This document shows positions 1 through 12,098 of a DNA stretch of 64,000 nt, piece after piece; the first letter of the stretch is position 1; each line of letters opens with the position of its first letter. The notes under the pieces are model-generated. The model ran no database searches, had not been told where the DNA came from, and saw nothing but the letters and a program-made list of their open reading frames with translations. Origin of the DNA: Salinispira sp. (lineage in GTDB: Bacteria; Spirochaetota; Spirochaetia; DSM-27196; Salinispiraceae); contig OZ271918.1 in assembly GCA_965602015.1 (NCBI GenBank), positions 3,328,001 through 3,392,000 of the forward strand, given 5' to 3'. Both the position numbers and the translations under genes were made by a program.

Positions 1-233
1 CGCTTGAGAATCCGGGCCTTGTGAAACTCAAGCTTCTGCATCCATCCCGGATGATCGGTAAAAATGATCAGGGATCCGTTTTTAACATCTACGGGCTCGG
101 TATGGGCGGCGATATCTTCCAGGTCGTCTCCGAGAATATGGCTCCAGGATGAAAAGAGATTTATATAATTCCGGGCTTCCCTGCTTCCCAGTACGGGAAT
201 AAACGCCCGAAGGACTTCATCAGCCTTTTTCAT
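1..233 (-). CDS. DUF721/DciA family protein (helicase loader), runs off the window edge
   Basis: Manual translation MKKADEVLRAFIPVLG...SSWSHILG...IAAHTEPVDVKNGSLIIFTDHPGWMQKL fits the DciA pattern. Its ATG overlaps the recF stop (ATGA), the usual position after recF. Confidence 0.8.
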   Translation of the reverse strand, partial: MKKADEVLRAFIPVLGSREARNYINLFSSWSHILGDDLEDIAAHTEPVDVKNGSLIIFTDHPGWMQKLEFHKARILK

Positions 234-1315
234 GTTTCTCGAATATACTCCCCGTTGCGCACCCGGTATACCAGGGCATCGCTGCCACTGTACAAGCTTA
301 TATTCTCATCGGGTAAAAAGGTAAAGAAGGCCTGCTGGTATTCCGGCAATTGATCCATGAATTTCCGCCGTTTTGGTTCATCGAGTTCCAACAGGACATC
401 GTCAAGCAGCAGGACCGGAGCCTTGCCTGCCATCCGGGCGTATAACCGCGCCTGGGCAGCCCGGAGAACCAGGCTCATGAGCCGAAGCTGTCCGGTGCTG
501 GCTTCGCGGATAAAATCCCGGTCGGCGATGCGGAACATAAACCGGTCCCGATGGGGACCCGAGGTGGTGGTGCTCATGGCGATATCCCGGTCCCGATGAT
601 CGGCCAGGTATCGTTCGATGTCCCCCTCGTTTTCTGTTTTCCATGACGGGCGGTATTCGATTTTTAGCGTTTCCTCCAGCCCGCTAACCTCGGCGTAGAG
701 GGGGGTGAACAGCTCATTAAACTCGGCGGTCAGGGTGTTTCGGGCCCGCATGAGCTCAAGGCCCACGGCGGCGAGCTGACCGTTGTACAGTTCGAGCATG
801 TCGTAATTCCCGTCACGGATGACCTGATTTCGGGTTTTGAGCAGGCGCGAGTAATTGCGCAGAAGGTCGATGAAGCTGATCTGATAGGTGCTCAGGCATT
901 GGTTAAAAAACCAGCGCTGCTGATCCGGCGCCCCTTTGACGAACTCGATGTCGTCGTGGCTGAACACGATACAAGGAACCTGCTCGGCCAGCTCCTTTCG
1001 GTCCCGCACCGGGCTGTCGTTTATGCGAATATCTTTTTTGCGGCTCTGGTATCTCAGGGAAATTTTTGCGTCGACGCCGCTTTCCGGTTCGCGCCACAGA
1101 CCGTGCACCGCCATTTCCTCGGTTCCGCGCATGGGCAGGACATCATCCCGCTGGCTTCGAAAACTCCTGCCGTATGACAGCAGGTACAGGGCCTCGAGGA
1201 AATTGGTTTTGCCCTGTCCGTTGGGGCCAATAAAAAATACCTGTTCGCTGTGAACAGGTATTTTCTGATTCCGAACGTTGCGGAAATTAATAAGCTGTAT
1301 CTCCCTGAAGGGCAT
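230..1315 (-). CDS. recF: DNA replication and repair protein RecF
   Basis: NFRN, Walker A GPNGQGKTN, GPHRD, STGQ, LLLDDVLLELD; downstream of dnaN. Confidence 0.97.
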   Translation of the reverse strand: MPFREIQLINFRNVRNQKIPVHSEQVFFIGPNGQGKTNFLEALYLLSYGRSFRSQRDDVLPMRGTEEMAVHGLWREPESGVDAKISLRYQSRKKDIRINDSPVRDRKELAEQVPCIVFSHDDIEFVKGAPDQQRWFFNQCLSTYQISFIDLLRNYSRLLKTRNQVIRDGNYDMLELYNGQLAAVGLELMRARNTLTAEFNELFTPLYAEVSGLEETLKIEYRPSWKTENEGDIERYLADHRDRDIAMSTTTSGPHRDRFMFRIADRDFIREASTGQLRLMSLVLRAAQARLYARMAGKAPVLLLDDVLLELDEPKRRKFMDQLPEYQQAFFTFLPDENISLYSGSDALVYRVRNGEYIRET

Positions 1316-1328
1316 GGGATGTTAGCTC

Positions 1329-2435
1329 CTAATCGTTCAGGTTCATTGGCATAACGATGTGAAAGTAATCTTCCTGTGGTACGGCGTTGATGCTGATGGC
1401 ACGGGTGGTTTCGGTGAACTGCATCTGGATTTCATCGGCTTCAATGACCTTCAGGGGATCCGACAGATAGGTGAAGTTCATGGCTATTACGGTTTCCGGA
1501 CCGTCGTATTCGCAGGGGATGTCCTCCCGCCCGATTCCCAGATCGCTCTCGTCGGAACGCAGGGTGATCTGTCCGGGTGTCAGATCGACATAGATCCTTC
1601 TGGATCGCTCGACCATCAGGGAAACCCGGCGCAGGGCCTCGTTGAGCTCGCTCCGGTTGACCGTGAGGCTGTGTTCCTGGCTTTCGGGGATTACCCGCTG
1701 ATAATTGGGGAAGGTTCCCTCGATCAGGGCCGAAGAAATTTTCTGGTTATCGAACTCCATAAACACGTGCTTGTCGGTAATCGCCAGCGAAATCATTCCC
1801 TCGCCCGAAGAGAGCTTCTTCACCAAAGACAGGATTTTCGGCGGGATGATCACCCCGGAAAAATCCGGAACCGGCGTTCCGAATTCCTTGCTGATGTAGG
1901 CCAGTCGCTTACCGTCAGTGGCTACCATCAGAACCTTCTCGTCCTGCTTTTCGAAGTACACCCCGTTCATGAAATACCGGGTTTCGTCGTCGGAAACCGC
2001 GAAAATGGTCTGGGAAATCATTTCGTTGAATTCTTTCTGGGGGAGCTGGAAAAAGCGGTCAGAGTCGGCCTGCTGTATTTCGGGGTACTTCTCCGCCGCC
2101 ATGGTCTTCAGTCGGAAATCGATTTTCTTGAAGCGGGGCGCGATAATAAAGCGATCGCCTTCCTGCTCGGAGAATTCGATTTCGCCGCTGGGAAGGGTCC
2201 GCAGGATTCCCGAAAGTTTTTCGCAGAAGGTTGTGGTCCGGCCTTCCTCCATGACGTCTACGGGGATTCTCGTTTCGAAGCTGACCTTGAGATCCGTCGC
2301 ACGGATGAGCAGGCTGTCGCCCTCAACCTCGAGTAAAACATTCGACAGTATGGAAAGGGCGTTTCTCGACGATATTATTTCCTGTGCAATGGAAATTTCT
2401 TTTAGTAGGCTGTCCCTCTCGCATGAAAACTTCAT
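1329..2435 (-). CDS. dnaN: DNA polymerase III beta sliding clamp
   Basis: MKFSCERD start with AGGAG RBS; ATDL, DETRYFMNGV, VATDGKRL, GTFPNYQRVIP, VMPM. Confidence 0.97.
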   Translation of the reverse strand: MKFSCERDSLLKEISIAQEIISSRNALSILSNVLLEVEGDSLLIRATDLKVSFETRIPVDVMEEGRTTTFCEKLSGILRTLPSGEIEFSEQEGDRFIIAPRFKKIDFRLKTMAAEKYPEIQQADSDRFFQLPQKEFNEMISQTIFAVSDDETRYFMNGVYFEKQDEKVLMVATDGKRLAYISKEFGTPVPDFSGVIIPPKILSLVKKLSSGEGMISLAITDKHVFMEFDNQKISSALIEGTFPNYQRVIPESQEHSLTVNRSELNEALRRVSLMVERSRRIYVDLTPGQITLRSDESDLGIGREDIPCEYDGPETVIAMNFTYLSDPLKVIEADEIQMQFTETTRAISINAVPQEDYFHIVMPMNLND

Positions 2436-2494
2436 ATCAGGCTCCTTTGCTGCAATCCCTGCATTCAATCCAGGGAAATGATACACAGTCCCTG

Positions 2495-2680
2495 TTATTA
2501 CCTTATTTATATTAATTAGTAGTAGTAATAGTAGGGCCTGTTGAAATGTGAATTCAGGGCCTAAGTCATTCCAGTACCACTATCTATCTATGTGGATACT
2601 TTCCGGGCAACCGGGTTTTTTTATCCACATTTCCACATATACTTACGGTTTTCCACATAAACTGTCAATGAATTCACATT
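2495..2680. other. Chromosomal replication origin oriC (DnaA boxes, DnaA-trios, AT-rich element)
   Basis: dnaA-dnaN intergenic region. Perfect TTATCCACA at 2621-2629; near matches TGTGGATAC 2591-2599, TTTTCCACA 2649-2657, ATTTCCACA 2629-2637. Six TAG/TAA trios at 2517-2534 next to GGCC, with an AT-rich tract at ~2495-2516. Confidence 0.92.
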
Positions 2681-2699
2681 GTATCAGCTGTTTGGAGAA

Positions 2700-4142
2700 T
2701 TAGCTCCTATTACTTGCCTCGCGGATATCCTTCTTGAGATTGTCCAGCTGGGAGATAAAATACGGATCGGTTTTCATCCGCTCCTTGATCCGGTCGCAGG
2801 CATGCATGACCGTAGTATGATCTCTGCCGCCGAACTCAAGGCCGACCTCCGTTGTTGAGTATTCGGTGATATCCCGGGCTATGTACATGGCAACCTGACG
2901 GGGAAAGGTGATTGTTTTTGTCTTCCTCCGGCTTTTTAATTCCTGGACGGTAACGCCGAAATACTCGGAAACCATTCGCTGGATTACGCTGATGGTTATG
3001 TTCTTTTGAACCGGGGAGGCAAAAAAATCCTTGAGCTGCTGCTTGGTGATTTCAACAGTAATGGTTTTGTTCACCAGTTCGGCATAGGCGATGAGCTTGG
3101 TGAGGGCCGCCTCCAAATCACGGACGTTTGTGGTGACGTTCTCGCAAATCAGATTTATCGATTCCTCGGGTATTTCGATATTCGCCGCTTCGATCTTCTT
3201 TTTTAAAATGGCATAACGGGTCTCATAATTCGGCGGCTGGAGGTCGACGTTTAATCCCCGCTCGAACCGGCTCCGTAGCCTGTCGGTGAGGTCCTTGAGC
3301 TCGGAGACCGGGCGGTCGCAGGTGAACACCATCTGCTTGTTCGAATCGTACAGGGCGTTGAAGGTGTGAAACAGCTCCTCCTGGGTTTCGGGTTTTTTCT
3401 GGAGGAAGTGGATGTCGTCGATTAGCAGGACGTCGGCATGGCGGTATTTATTTTTGAACGTGTGCTGCTTTTTCTCCCGTATCGCCTGAATGAATTCATT
3501 GGTGAAATTCTCCATGGTGACATAGATGATTTTCATGTCGGCAAAATCGCCGTATACCGAATTGCCGATTGACTGGAGAAGGTGGGTTTTGCCCAGGCCG
3601 ACGCCGCCGTACACCAGACATGGGTTGTAGCCCGTGCCGGGATTCTTGGCTATGGCCATGGCGGCGTTTGCCGCGAAGGCGTTGTTCTCCCCGATGATGA
3701 AGTTATCGAAGGTGTATTCCTGTTTTAATGCCGGGTGGCTTCGGTTCCTGCTGCGGAATTGAACCGGCGCATCACCGCTGGGACGGGGCTGAACCGGTTC
3801 AGGTGATTCGGATTGCGAGCTCGAAGCCGGCGCGTGGTCAGGGGTGCGGGCCTGGGGTCCCGGGGCCTTGGCGGCGTCAAGGGCAACAGCCTTGACTTCG
3901 AACTCCAGGGCGATCCGCGATCCCGAAAGCTCGAGGAGTTTAGTTTCGATGAGGTTGTGATAGCGGGATTTGACCTGATCGCGGTAAAACGACGAGGGGA
4001 CGGAAACGACGATGGTATCCTGGCGGGAACTGAGATAGGCCATCCGATTGAACCAGAGGCTGAACTCCTGCTCAGTCAGTTCCTCCTGAATCTGTTTTAC
4101 CGCTTCCGACCAGAATAAGCGGTAATCATCCCATTCACTCAT
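2700..4142 (-). CDS. dnaA: Chromosomal replication initiator DnaA
   Basis: YTFDNF, GGVGLGKTHL, LLIDDIHF, QEELFHTFN, GGRDHTTVMHA. Start MSEWDD has a GGAGGTG RBS. Confidence 0.98.
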   Translation of the reverse strand: MSEWDDYRLFWSEAVKQIQEELTEQEFSLWFNRMAYLSSRQDTIVVSVPSSFYRDQVKSRYHNLIETKLLELSGSRIALEFEVKAVALDAAKAPGPQARTPDHAPASSSQSESPEPVQPRPSGDAPVQFRSRNRSHPALKQEYTFDNFIIGENNAFAANAAMAIAKNPGTGYNPCLVYGGVGLGKTHLLQSIGNSVYGDFADMKIIYVTMENFTNEFIQAIREKKQHTFKNKYRHADVLLIDDIHFLQKKPETQEELFHTFNALYDSNKQMVFTCDRPVSELKDLTDRLRSRFERGLNVDLQPPNYETRYAILKKKIEAANIEIPEESINLICENVTTNVRDLEAALTKLIAYAELVNKTITVEITKQQLKDFFASPVQKNITISVIQRMVSEYFGVTVQELKSRRKTKTITFPRQVAMYIARDITEYSTTEVGLEFGGRDHTTVMHACDRIKERMKTDPYFISQLDNLKKDIREASNRS

Positions 4143-4252
4143 GTCACCTCCCGCAACTGTCCATAATACGCGCAAGTCGGCCCTTTTTCAATGAGCGATG
4201 CAAATCGCCGATAAATCACGATTTGAGAATCAGTTAGGCTATTTCGCCTTCC

Positions 4253-4281
4253 TTTACTTTTTGGCCCCCAAACGGTATAAT
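4253..4281 (+). promoter_or_regulatory. Putative sigma70 promoter of gyrBA
   Basis: TTTACT-17 nt-TATAAT, 40 nt upstream of the gyrB ATG. Confidence 0.6.
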
Positions 4282-4314
4282 CGCCGCACGTAAATCATAA
4301 AAAGGAATCACTAA

Positions 4315-6231
<1,917 letters not shown>

Positions 6232-6256
6232 CGCATAAAGACAACACGGAGCACAG

Positions 6257-8737
6257 ATGGAAGAACGAACGGGCAAAGTCATACCTATTGCCATAGAAGA
6301 CGAGGTAAAAAAGTCATACCTCAACTACGCCATGTCGGTCATCGTTTCCCGAGCGCTGCCCGATGTCAGGGACGGCCTGAAACCGGTTCACCGGCGGATA
6401 CTGTTCGGAATGAACGAAATGGGACTCAGGTCAGACCGGGCTCCAAAGAAATCCGCCCGTATAGTCGGAGACGTACTCGGTAAATATCATCCCCACGGCG
6501 ATGCCAGCGTATACGACGCCCTTGTCCGACTGGCACAGGATTTCTCGATGCGTTATCCCCTGGTGGACGGCCAGGGTAACTTCGGGTCGGTTGACGGCGA
6601 TCCCCCGGCGGCCATGCGTTACACCGAAGCGCGAATGGCAAAGCTGGCTGAGGAAATGCTGCGTGATATCAATAAGGAAACCGTTGACTTCGTTCCGAAC
6701 TACGACGACTCCATGGAAGAACCCGAGGTACTTCCAGCAAATTTCCCCTACCTTTTGGCTAACGGCGCCAGCGGCATCGCCGTCGGTATGGCCACCAATA
6801 TGGCCCCGCACAATCTCAATGAAATCTCGGCGGCCATAAACGCGTACATCGAAAATCCGGAAATAAGCATCGACGGCCTGATGGAACACATCACCGGACC
6901 GGACTTCCCCACGGGAGGGATTATTTTCGGAACCAAGGGAGTCCGCCAGGCCTACAAGACCGGCAGGGGAAAAATAACCATTCGGTCGAAGTTTTCCGTT
7001 GAGACGACCAAGAGCGGACGGGACGTCATCATCATCCATGAAATTCCGTACCAGGTGAACAAAGCGAACCTGGTGATGAAAATAGCCGATCTCATCCGGG
7101 ACAAAAAAATCGACGGCATATCCGACCTGCGGGACGAATCCGACAGGAACGGCATGCGAATCGTCATTGAACTTAAGAAAGGCATCAGCCCGAAGATTAT
7201 CCTGAACCAGCTGTTTAACCAGACCCAGCTGCAGATCAACTTCAATGTCAACGCCCTCGCCCTGGTCGACGGCAAACCCCAGCTCCTGACGCTGAAGGAC
7301 ATGATTCACCATTATGTCCGCCACCGGCGGGAAGTGATAATCCGCAGGACAAAATATGATCTGAGAAAGGCCGAGGAGCGGGCGCACATCCTCGAGGGCC
7401 TGAAGATAGCCCTTTCGAACATCGACGAGGTCATTCAAACCATAAAAGAGAGCGAGAACGTCTCGGTTGCCCGGGTACGCTTAATGGAGCGTTTTACCCT
7501 GAGCGAGATACAGGCCCAGGCGATTCTCGATATGCGTCTGCAAAAACTGACCAGCCTTGAGACCCAGAAGATACTCGATGAACTCGAGCAGCTCAACGCC
7601 CTCATCAAGGAGCTGCGGGAACTTCTGGCCAGCGAAGAGAAGATTCTCGGCGTGGTCGGTTCCGAGGTAGCAGAGCTGGCCGACCGATTCAGCCAGCCCC
7701 GTCAGACAGACAAGGTTATCGATGAAATCGAAGAGATTAATATCGAAGACCTCATACAAAAAGAAGACATGGTGGTTATTATCAGCCACAAAGGGTACAT
7801 CAAGCGGGTGCCTGTCAGCTCCTACCGCGTGCAGGGACGGGGCGGAAAAGGGGTGAATGCCAGCAACCTCAGAGACGAAGACTTCATCCAGAATATCTTC
7901 GTGGCATCGACCCACGATTACATTCTTATCGTATCAAGTGAGGCCAAGGCGTACTATCTCAAGGTACATGAAATTCCCGAGGGCTCCCGGACCAGCCGGG
8001 GATCCCACATCCGATCGCTTCTCAGCATCTCGGCAAACGAAGAGGTCGCCGCCGTGGTAGCCCTCCAGGCATTCCGGGACGACGAGTTTATATTCCTGGC
8101 CACCGCCAGGGGCATGGTGAAAAAGGTCGCAACATCTGATTTTAGCAATGCCCGGACCCGGGGAATTATCGCAATGGTCATGCGCGGCGACGACAAGATC
8201 GTCTCAGCTATTCTGTGCAGCTCGGACAAGGATATTATTCTCGCAACCAGGACGGGAATCGGGTTGCGCTTCAGCCAGGAAGAAGTTCGCCCCATGGGAC
8301 GTACCGCCCAGGGAGTCGGGGGCATACGGCTGACTGCTGGAGACGAGATTGCCGGAGCTGTGGAAGCTGAAGAGGACTATCAGGTTCTGTTTATTACCGA
8401 ATACGGCAGCGGCAAACGGATGGAAATCAGCGAACTCATGCCCCACGGCAGGAATACCCGGGGGCAGATAATCTATACAACCACCGAACGCTCAGGAGAG
8501 GTCGTAGGCATCCTGAACGTACAGGAAGACGATGAGGTTATGGTTATCACCAGCGGCGGAACTTCCATCAAGGTAAAAGCCGCCGATGTAGCTGTCCAGG
8601 GACGTACCGCCCAGGGAGTTCGGGTGTTTGATATCAGCAAGCCCGACGTGGTTGTGGGTATCGACAGGGTTGCCAAGGATGATCCGGAAGAGAAGAGCGA
8701 AGCGAAACCCTCCTCTGACGGAGAGCAAATCGAGTAG
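6257..8737 (+). CDS. gyrA: DNA gyrase subunit A
   Basis: [29 protein letters not shown], GyrA-box QGRGGKG. Confidence 0.98.
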   Translation: MEERTGKVIPIAIEDEVKKSYLNYAMSVIVSRALPDVRDGLKPVHRRILFGMNEMGLRSDRAPKKSARIVGDVLGKYHPHGDASVYDALVRLAQDFSMRYPLVDGQGNFGSVDGDPPAAMRYTEARMAKLAEEMLRDINKETVDFVPNYDDSMEEPEVLPANFPYLLANGASGIAVGMATNMAPHNLNEISAAINAYIENPEISIDGLMEHITGPDFPTGGIIFGTKGVRQAYKTGRGKITIRSKFSVETTKSGRDVIIIHEIPYQVNKANLVMKIADLIRDKKIDGISDLRDESDRNGMRIVIELKKGISPKIILNQLFNQTQLQINFNVNALALVDGKPQLLTLKDMIHHYVRHRREVIIRRTKYDLRKAEERAHILEGLKIALSNIDEVIQTIKESENVSVARVRLMERFTLSEIQAQAILDMRLQKLTSLETQKILDELEQLNALIKELRELLASEEKILGVVGSEVAELADRFSQPRQTDKVIDEIEEINIEDLIQKEDMVVIISHKGYIKRVPVSSYRVQGRGGKGVNASNLRDEDFIQNIFVASTHDYILIVSSEAKAYYLKVHEIPEGSRTSRGSHIRSLLSISANEEVAAVVALQAFRDDEFIFLATARGMVKKVATSDFSNARTRGIIAMVMRGDDKIVSAILCSSDKDIILATRTGIGLRFSQEEVRPMGRTAQGVGGIRLTAGDEIAGAVEAEEDYQVLFITEYGSGKRMEISELMPHGRNTRGQIIYTTTERSGEVVGILNVQEDDEVMVITSGGTSIKVKAADVAVQGRTAQGVRVFDISKPDVVVGIDRVAKDDPEEKSEAKPSSDGEQIE

Positions 8738-8765
8738 CGCGAAAGATCTAATACAATGCTATTAA

Positions 8766-8795
8766 AGGCCGCCGGATTACCGGCGGTCTTTTTTT
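8766..8795 (+). terminator. Rho-independent terminator after gyrA
   Basis: AGGCCGCCGG-ATTA-CCGGCGGTCT followed by a T run. Confidence 0.8.
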
Positions 8796-8804
8796 GCGCT
8801 ACAA

Positions 8805-8820
8805 TGTTTCACGTGAAACA
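8805..8820. promoter_or_regulatory. parS centromere site 1
   Basis: Perfect TGTTTCACGTGAAACA within a 24-bp palindrome (8801-8824); close to oriC, parAB in window. Confidence 0.93.
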
Positions 8821-8870
8821 TTGTGTAGTACGATAATAATGTAGTTCAGTAGCGCGGCCTAGTCTTGCAC

Positions 8871-8886
8871 TGTTTCACGTGAAACA
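8871..8886. promoter_or_regulatory. parS centromere site 2
   Basis: Second perfect TGTTTCACGTGAAACA. Confidence 0.93.
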
Positions 8887-8903
8887 ATTTTGGAGAACAC
8901 ACA

Positions 8904-9518
8904 GTGAACACCGTCGCAGGGTCTTCCGAGTTTTTGTATACGGAGAAAAAGTCCCGGTTTATCTCCCGCTGTTGGCAGGTTGACAGCCGGGATGCCCTTG
9001 GACTCATCCTTTTGGATTCTAAAAAACATCACCCTGATGTGTCTCTTCTTGTATACGCATTTATTATTGGCGATGAAAACAATGAGGACATGGGTTACAG
9101 CGATGACCGAGAACCGCGGGGTACCGCAGGAAGGCCGACCTATGAGGTTCTGAAAGGTTCGGGTTTGCGCAATACGCTTATCACGACCCTCCGGTATTTC
9201 GGCGGTACAAAACTGGGCACCGGTGGACTTGTAAGGGCCTACACCAGTGCTTCCAAGGGAGCTATTGAGCTTGCGGAAGTTATCGAGGTCAAATCACTGT
9301 GGCAAATCAGCGTGGAGCTTGATTATGCCTCGTATGAGCAGCTGGTCGGATATATTGCCGAATTACCCGGGGAAATCGTCCGGTCAGAATTTGACAGCAT
9401 GGTTCATTCACATATTGAAATTGAGGAAGCTGCCTTACCGCGCTTGAGAGAATTTATCCAAGATACAACCAGAGGCAAGGCAGAAATTACAATCGTGTCT
9501 GGGAACGAAACTTTTTGA
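8904..9518 (+). CDS. YigZ/IMPACT family protein
   Basis: EKKSRFI, SDDREPRGTAGRP, RYFGGTKLGTGGLVRAY. Confidence 0.93.
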   Translation: MNTVAGSSEFLYTEKKSRFISRCWQVDSRDALGLILLDSKKHHPDVSLLVYAFIIGDENNEDMGYSDDREPRGTAGRPTYEVLKGSGLRNTLITTLRYFGGTKLGTGGLVRAYTSASKGAIELAEVIEVKSLWQISVELDYASYEQLVGYIAELPGEIVRSEFDSMVHSHIEIEEAALPRLREFIQDTTRGKAEITIVSGNETF

Positions 9519-10560
9519 CAGCGAGGGCATACTCATCGACCAGCTTCGTTTTTTCGTCTTTGGTAAGAAACGCCGCATTCAGAGCCGTAAGATTGGCTTG
9601 TACCAGGTCTTCCAGGCTGAGGTCAAAATATTTCACCGCTTTGACGTAGTCATCGCTGAGATCGGTATCCTGAATAGAGGGGTCATCGGAATTGAGGGTC
9701 ACCGGCACTCCCTGCCGGAACAGGCGTCCGAAGGGATGGTTTTCTTCTTCCTTCCAGGAGCCGGTTTGGTGATTTGAGGTGATGCATTGTTCGAGAACGA
9801 TGAAGTTTTCCTTGAGGTATTCCTGCAGTTCGGGGTCGTCTATTGTGCTGGTGCCGTGGCCGATTCGCCGGGCATAGAGCCGCTTTATTGCCGTCCAGAT
9901 CTGATCCGATTTGGTTACTTCTCCAGCATGAACCGTCGCCTTGTATTTTCTATCCTTCCTGATTCGAGCGAAAAACTTGTCAAAAAGATCCGGGGGATAG
10001 TTAAGTTCGTCACCCGCCAAATCGATGCCGACGATGTCCGGTTCATTGAGGGAGGTGATAATGTCGTAGAGCTCAAGCATCTCTTCCTGGGTCTGCTTGT
10101 TTCGGTTAAAGGTGATGAGGTATTTAATGCGGAATCCCGCATCCGCCGCAGCCTTGTTTGCCGTTTTGATAATAAGCCGGGTTATCTCCGCCCTGTCGAA
10201 GTTATTCTGCAGCGAAAAATGTTCGGGACTGAAGCGCAGTTCGATGTAGAACATGCCGTCGTCCTTCATGTTGTAGACCGAGTGGTAGGTTATGTTCTCG
10301 ACATCATCATGGCTTCTATACCAGTCGGTTCTAAACTTGCTGAGAAACAGCAGAAAGTCCGGGTCCTGATCTTTGGGGAACTGAATAGTCGTTTTAAACT
10401 CGTCAAAATCTGCTGGTATGTCTAATTTATTCTTTTTCGCTATTTCAAAGAGGGTTTTTGGATCAAAGGTTCCTTCCAGGTGCCGGTGAAGTTCGATTTT
10501 TGGAAAGGTCCGCATTACCTGGGGATCCTGCAGTTTATCATTCGCAATATCTTTTTTCAT
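9487..10560 (-). CDS. add: Adenosine/adenine deaminase family
   Basis: PKIELHRHLEG, TVHAGE, RIGHG, NSDDP metal-binding motifs. Confidence 0.9.
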   Translation of the reverse strand: MKKDIANDKLQDPQVMRTFPKIELHRHLEGTFDPKTLFEIAKKNKLDIPADFDEFKTTIQFPKDQDPDFLLFLSKFRTDWYRSHDDVENITYHSVYNMKDDGMFYIELRFSPEHFSLQNNFDRAEITRLIIKTANKAAADAGFRIKYLITFNRNKQTQEEMLELYDIITSLNEPDIVGIDLAGDELNYPPDLFDKFFARIRKDRKYKATVHAGEVTKSDQIWTAIKRLYARRIGHGTSTIDDPELQEYLKENFIVLEQCITSNHQTGSWKEEENHPFGRLFRQGVPVTLNSDDPSIQDTDLSDDYVKAVKYFDLSLEDLVQANLTALNAAFLTKDEKTKLVDEYALAVKKFRSQTRL

Positions 10561-10743
10561 CTGAAAGCAACCTTTCGTACTACTCTAATGGTAAACCCCG
10601 GGAATTGCCAAATTTTCCGCCAGGGCCTGATGGATTGTAATGTCCAGAACATTTCAATTTTCGGCAGCATGAAGGCGGTAGTTTATTTTTTTATGGGATT
10701 TTCATGTGAAGCTGTCGCAGGAGTCAGGTTCCCCCGGCTTATC

Positions 10744-10890
10744 AGCCACATATCAGGGAGTTGTAGTCTACCACAAATCGCATTAATACTCACGGATTTG
10801 GTTTGGTGACCGGAGCAGTTTTGCAGAGGGGATTTCTGTGCTGAAGGTATGTTGAAAGAAAGAAATGAATGGGGCGCGAGGATTCGCGCC
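10744..10890. repeat. ~150-bp island repeat, copy 0
   Basis: Homologous to 15689-15836 and 18676-18822; ends in hairpin GGCGCGA-GGAT-TCGCGCC. Confidence 0.9.
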
Positions 10891-10936
10891 TTCTGTATAC
10901 TGGAAAATAGTATCATTATTTGATATCATTCTTATT

Positions 10937-11190
10937 TTGAATGCCAAGAACCGTAAAATTCTGAAGGCGATCTTCACTGACCCGTGAAATCGAATATTGC
11001 CTGGTCCGACATCGAATCTTTACTGCTTAATCTGAATGCAGGAAGGAAGGAGGGTTCTGGTTCCCGAGTCGCATTCACATTGAACGGTGTTGTCTTAGTC
11101 ATTCATAGACTGTATCCGAGAAAAGAAACTGATAAAGGGGCTGTTAAATCGGTTCGGAGATTTTTATCGAACTCAGGAGTAATGCCATGA
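10937..11190 (+). pseudogene. hicA: HicA toxin, frameshifted
   Basis: TTG at 10937 gives MNAKNRKILKAIFTDP, then TGA at 10985-10987. The rest (VKSNIAWSDIESLL...EGSGSRV...DKGAVKSVRRFL) is in the -1 frame. Confidence 0.8.
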
Positions 11191-11522
11191 AATATAAAGG
11201 GTATACCGGTGTGGTCGAATATGATGATGACGCTCATATTTTCCACGGAGAAGTTATTGGGCTAAAAGATGTAATCACTTTTCAGGGATCATCGATTGAA
11301 GAACTTGAGGCAGCGATGGCCGAATCAGTGGATTTTTATCTCGAAGTATGTCGTGATAAGGGAAAGGAACCTGAGAAGCCGTTCTCAGGGAGATTTGTCG
11401 TCAGGACTTCTCCCGACCTTCATAGCCGCGCCGCTACCGCTGCAGCAAAACTGGGCTTATCACTGAATAAATATGTTGAAAAAGCTATCGAGGATGAAAC
11501 CCGACAAGTATTGCCCATGTAA
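11187..11522 (+). CDS. hicB: HicB antitoxin
   Basis: MKYKGYTG...FHGEVIGLKDVITFQG...EKPFSGRFVVR...LSLNKY; ATGA-coupled to hicA. Confidence 0.93.
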   Translation: MKYKGYTGVVEYDDDAHIFHGEVIGLKDVITFQGSSIEELEAAMAESVDFYLEVCRDKGKEPEKPFSGRFVVRTSPDLHSRAATAAAKLGLSLNKYVEKAIEDETRQVLPM

Positions 11523-11635
11523 TAACAACCACTTAACCTGTGAGCCGTATACTGGCGACTGGCGCGTGTCCTTGCCGGCGAAGCCGATGCAAGGACCGTG
11601 AAAATAGGCGAATCAGGTTGAAGTGCTTGTTATAT
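11519..11635 (-). mobile_element. Integron attC site downstream of vapC
   Basis: Minus strand: R'' ATATAAC, 5 nt, L'' CTTCAACC (extra C), variable stem with GTCCTTGC/GCAAGGAC, L' GGTTAAG, 5 nt, R' GTTATTA. Confidence 0.75.
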
Positions 11636-11684
11636 AGCAGTCGTGATAGGCTTCCGCAAATTTAGCTGCCAACACTGGTCCTGA

Positions 11685-12095
11685 CTAATCTGACACCCAA
11701 TTTTCCATCTTTAGATCCGGAATCCGTTCAAACTCTCGAAGATTATTTGAGACCAAAATCAGATCATGTGCCCTCGCCTGAGCTCCGATAAGCATATCCA
11801 TATTTCCTATAAGCTCACCTTTCCTGGAAAGCATTGCCCTGATATTTCCATATTCAAATGCAGCACTCGAATCAAAATCGACGATCGCAAAGGGTAATAA
11901 AAATTCAAAAAGGGCCTCCCGATTCCGCTCTCTAAATTCGATTGCAGATTTCGCAATTCCAAACTCCAATTCTGCGATCGTAATTGTGGATATTCCAATT
12001 GAGTCGATTCCGTGAGCTTCGATGCGCTCAATCAGGGATTGGAATTTTCGATTGATGAGATAGATACAGATATTCGTATCAAAGAGGTACTTCAT
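11685..12095 (-). CDS. vapC: VapC PIN-domain toxin
   Basis: YLFDTNICIY, ITIAELEFG, DMLIGAQA, LVSNNLREFERI. Confidence 0.95.
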   Translation of the reverse strand: MKYLFDTNICIYLINRKFQSLIERIEAHGIDSIGISTITIAELEFGIAKSAIEFRERNREALFEFLLPFAIVDFDSSAAFEYGNIRAMLSRKGELIGNMDMLIGAQARAHDLILVSNNLREFERIPDLKMENWVSD

Positions 12096-12098
12096 CTC

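Noticed and set aside
2683..2695. ATCAGCTGTTTGG after dnaA resembling the IS1-like inverted repeat
   Set aside because: Only an 11-bp match with no partner end; chance is plausible.
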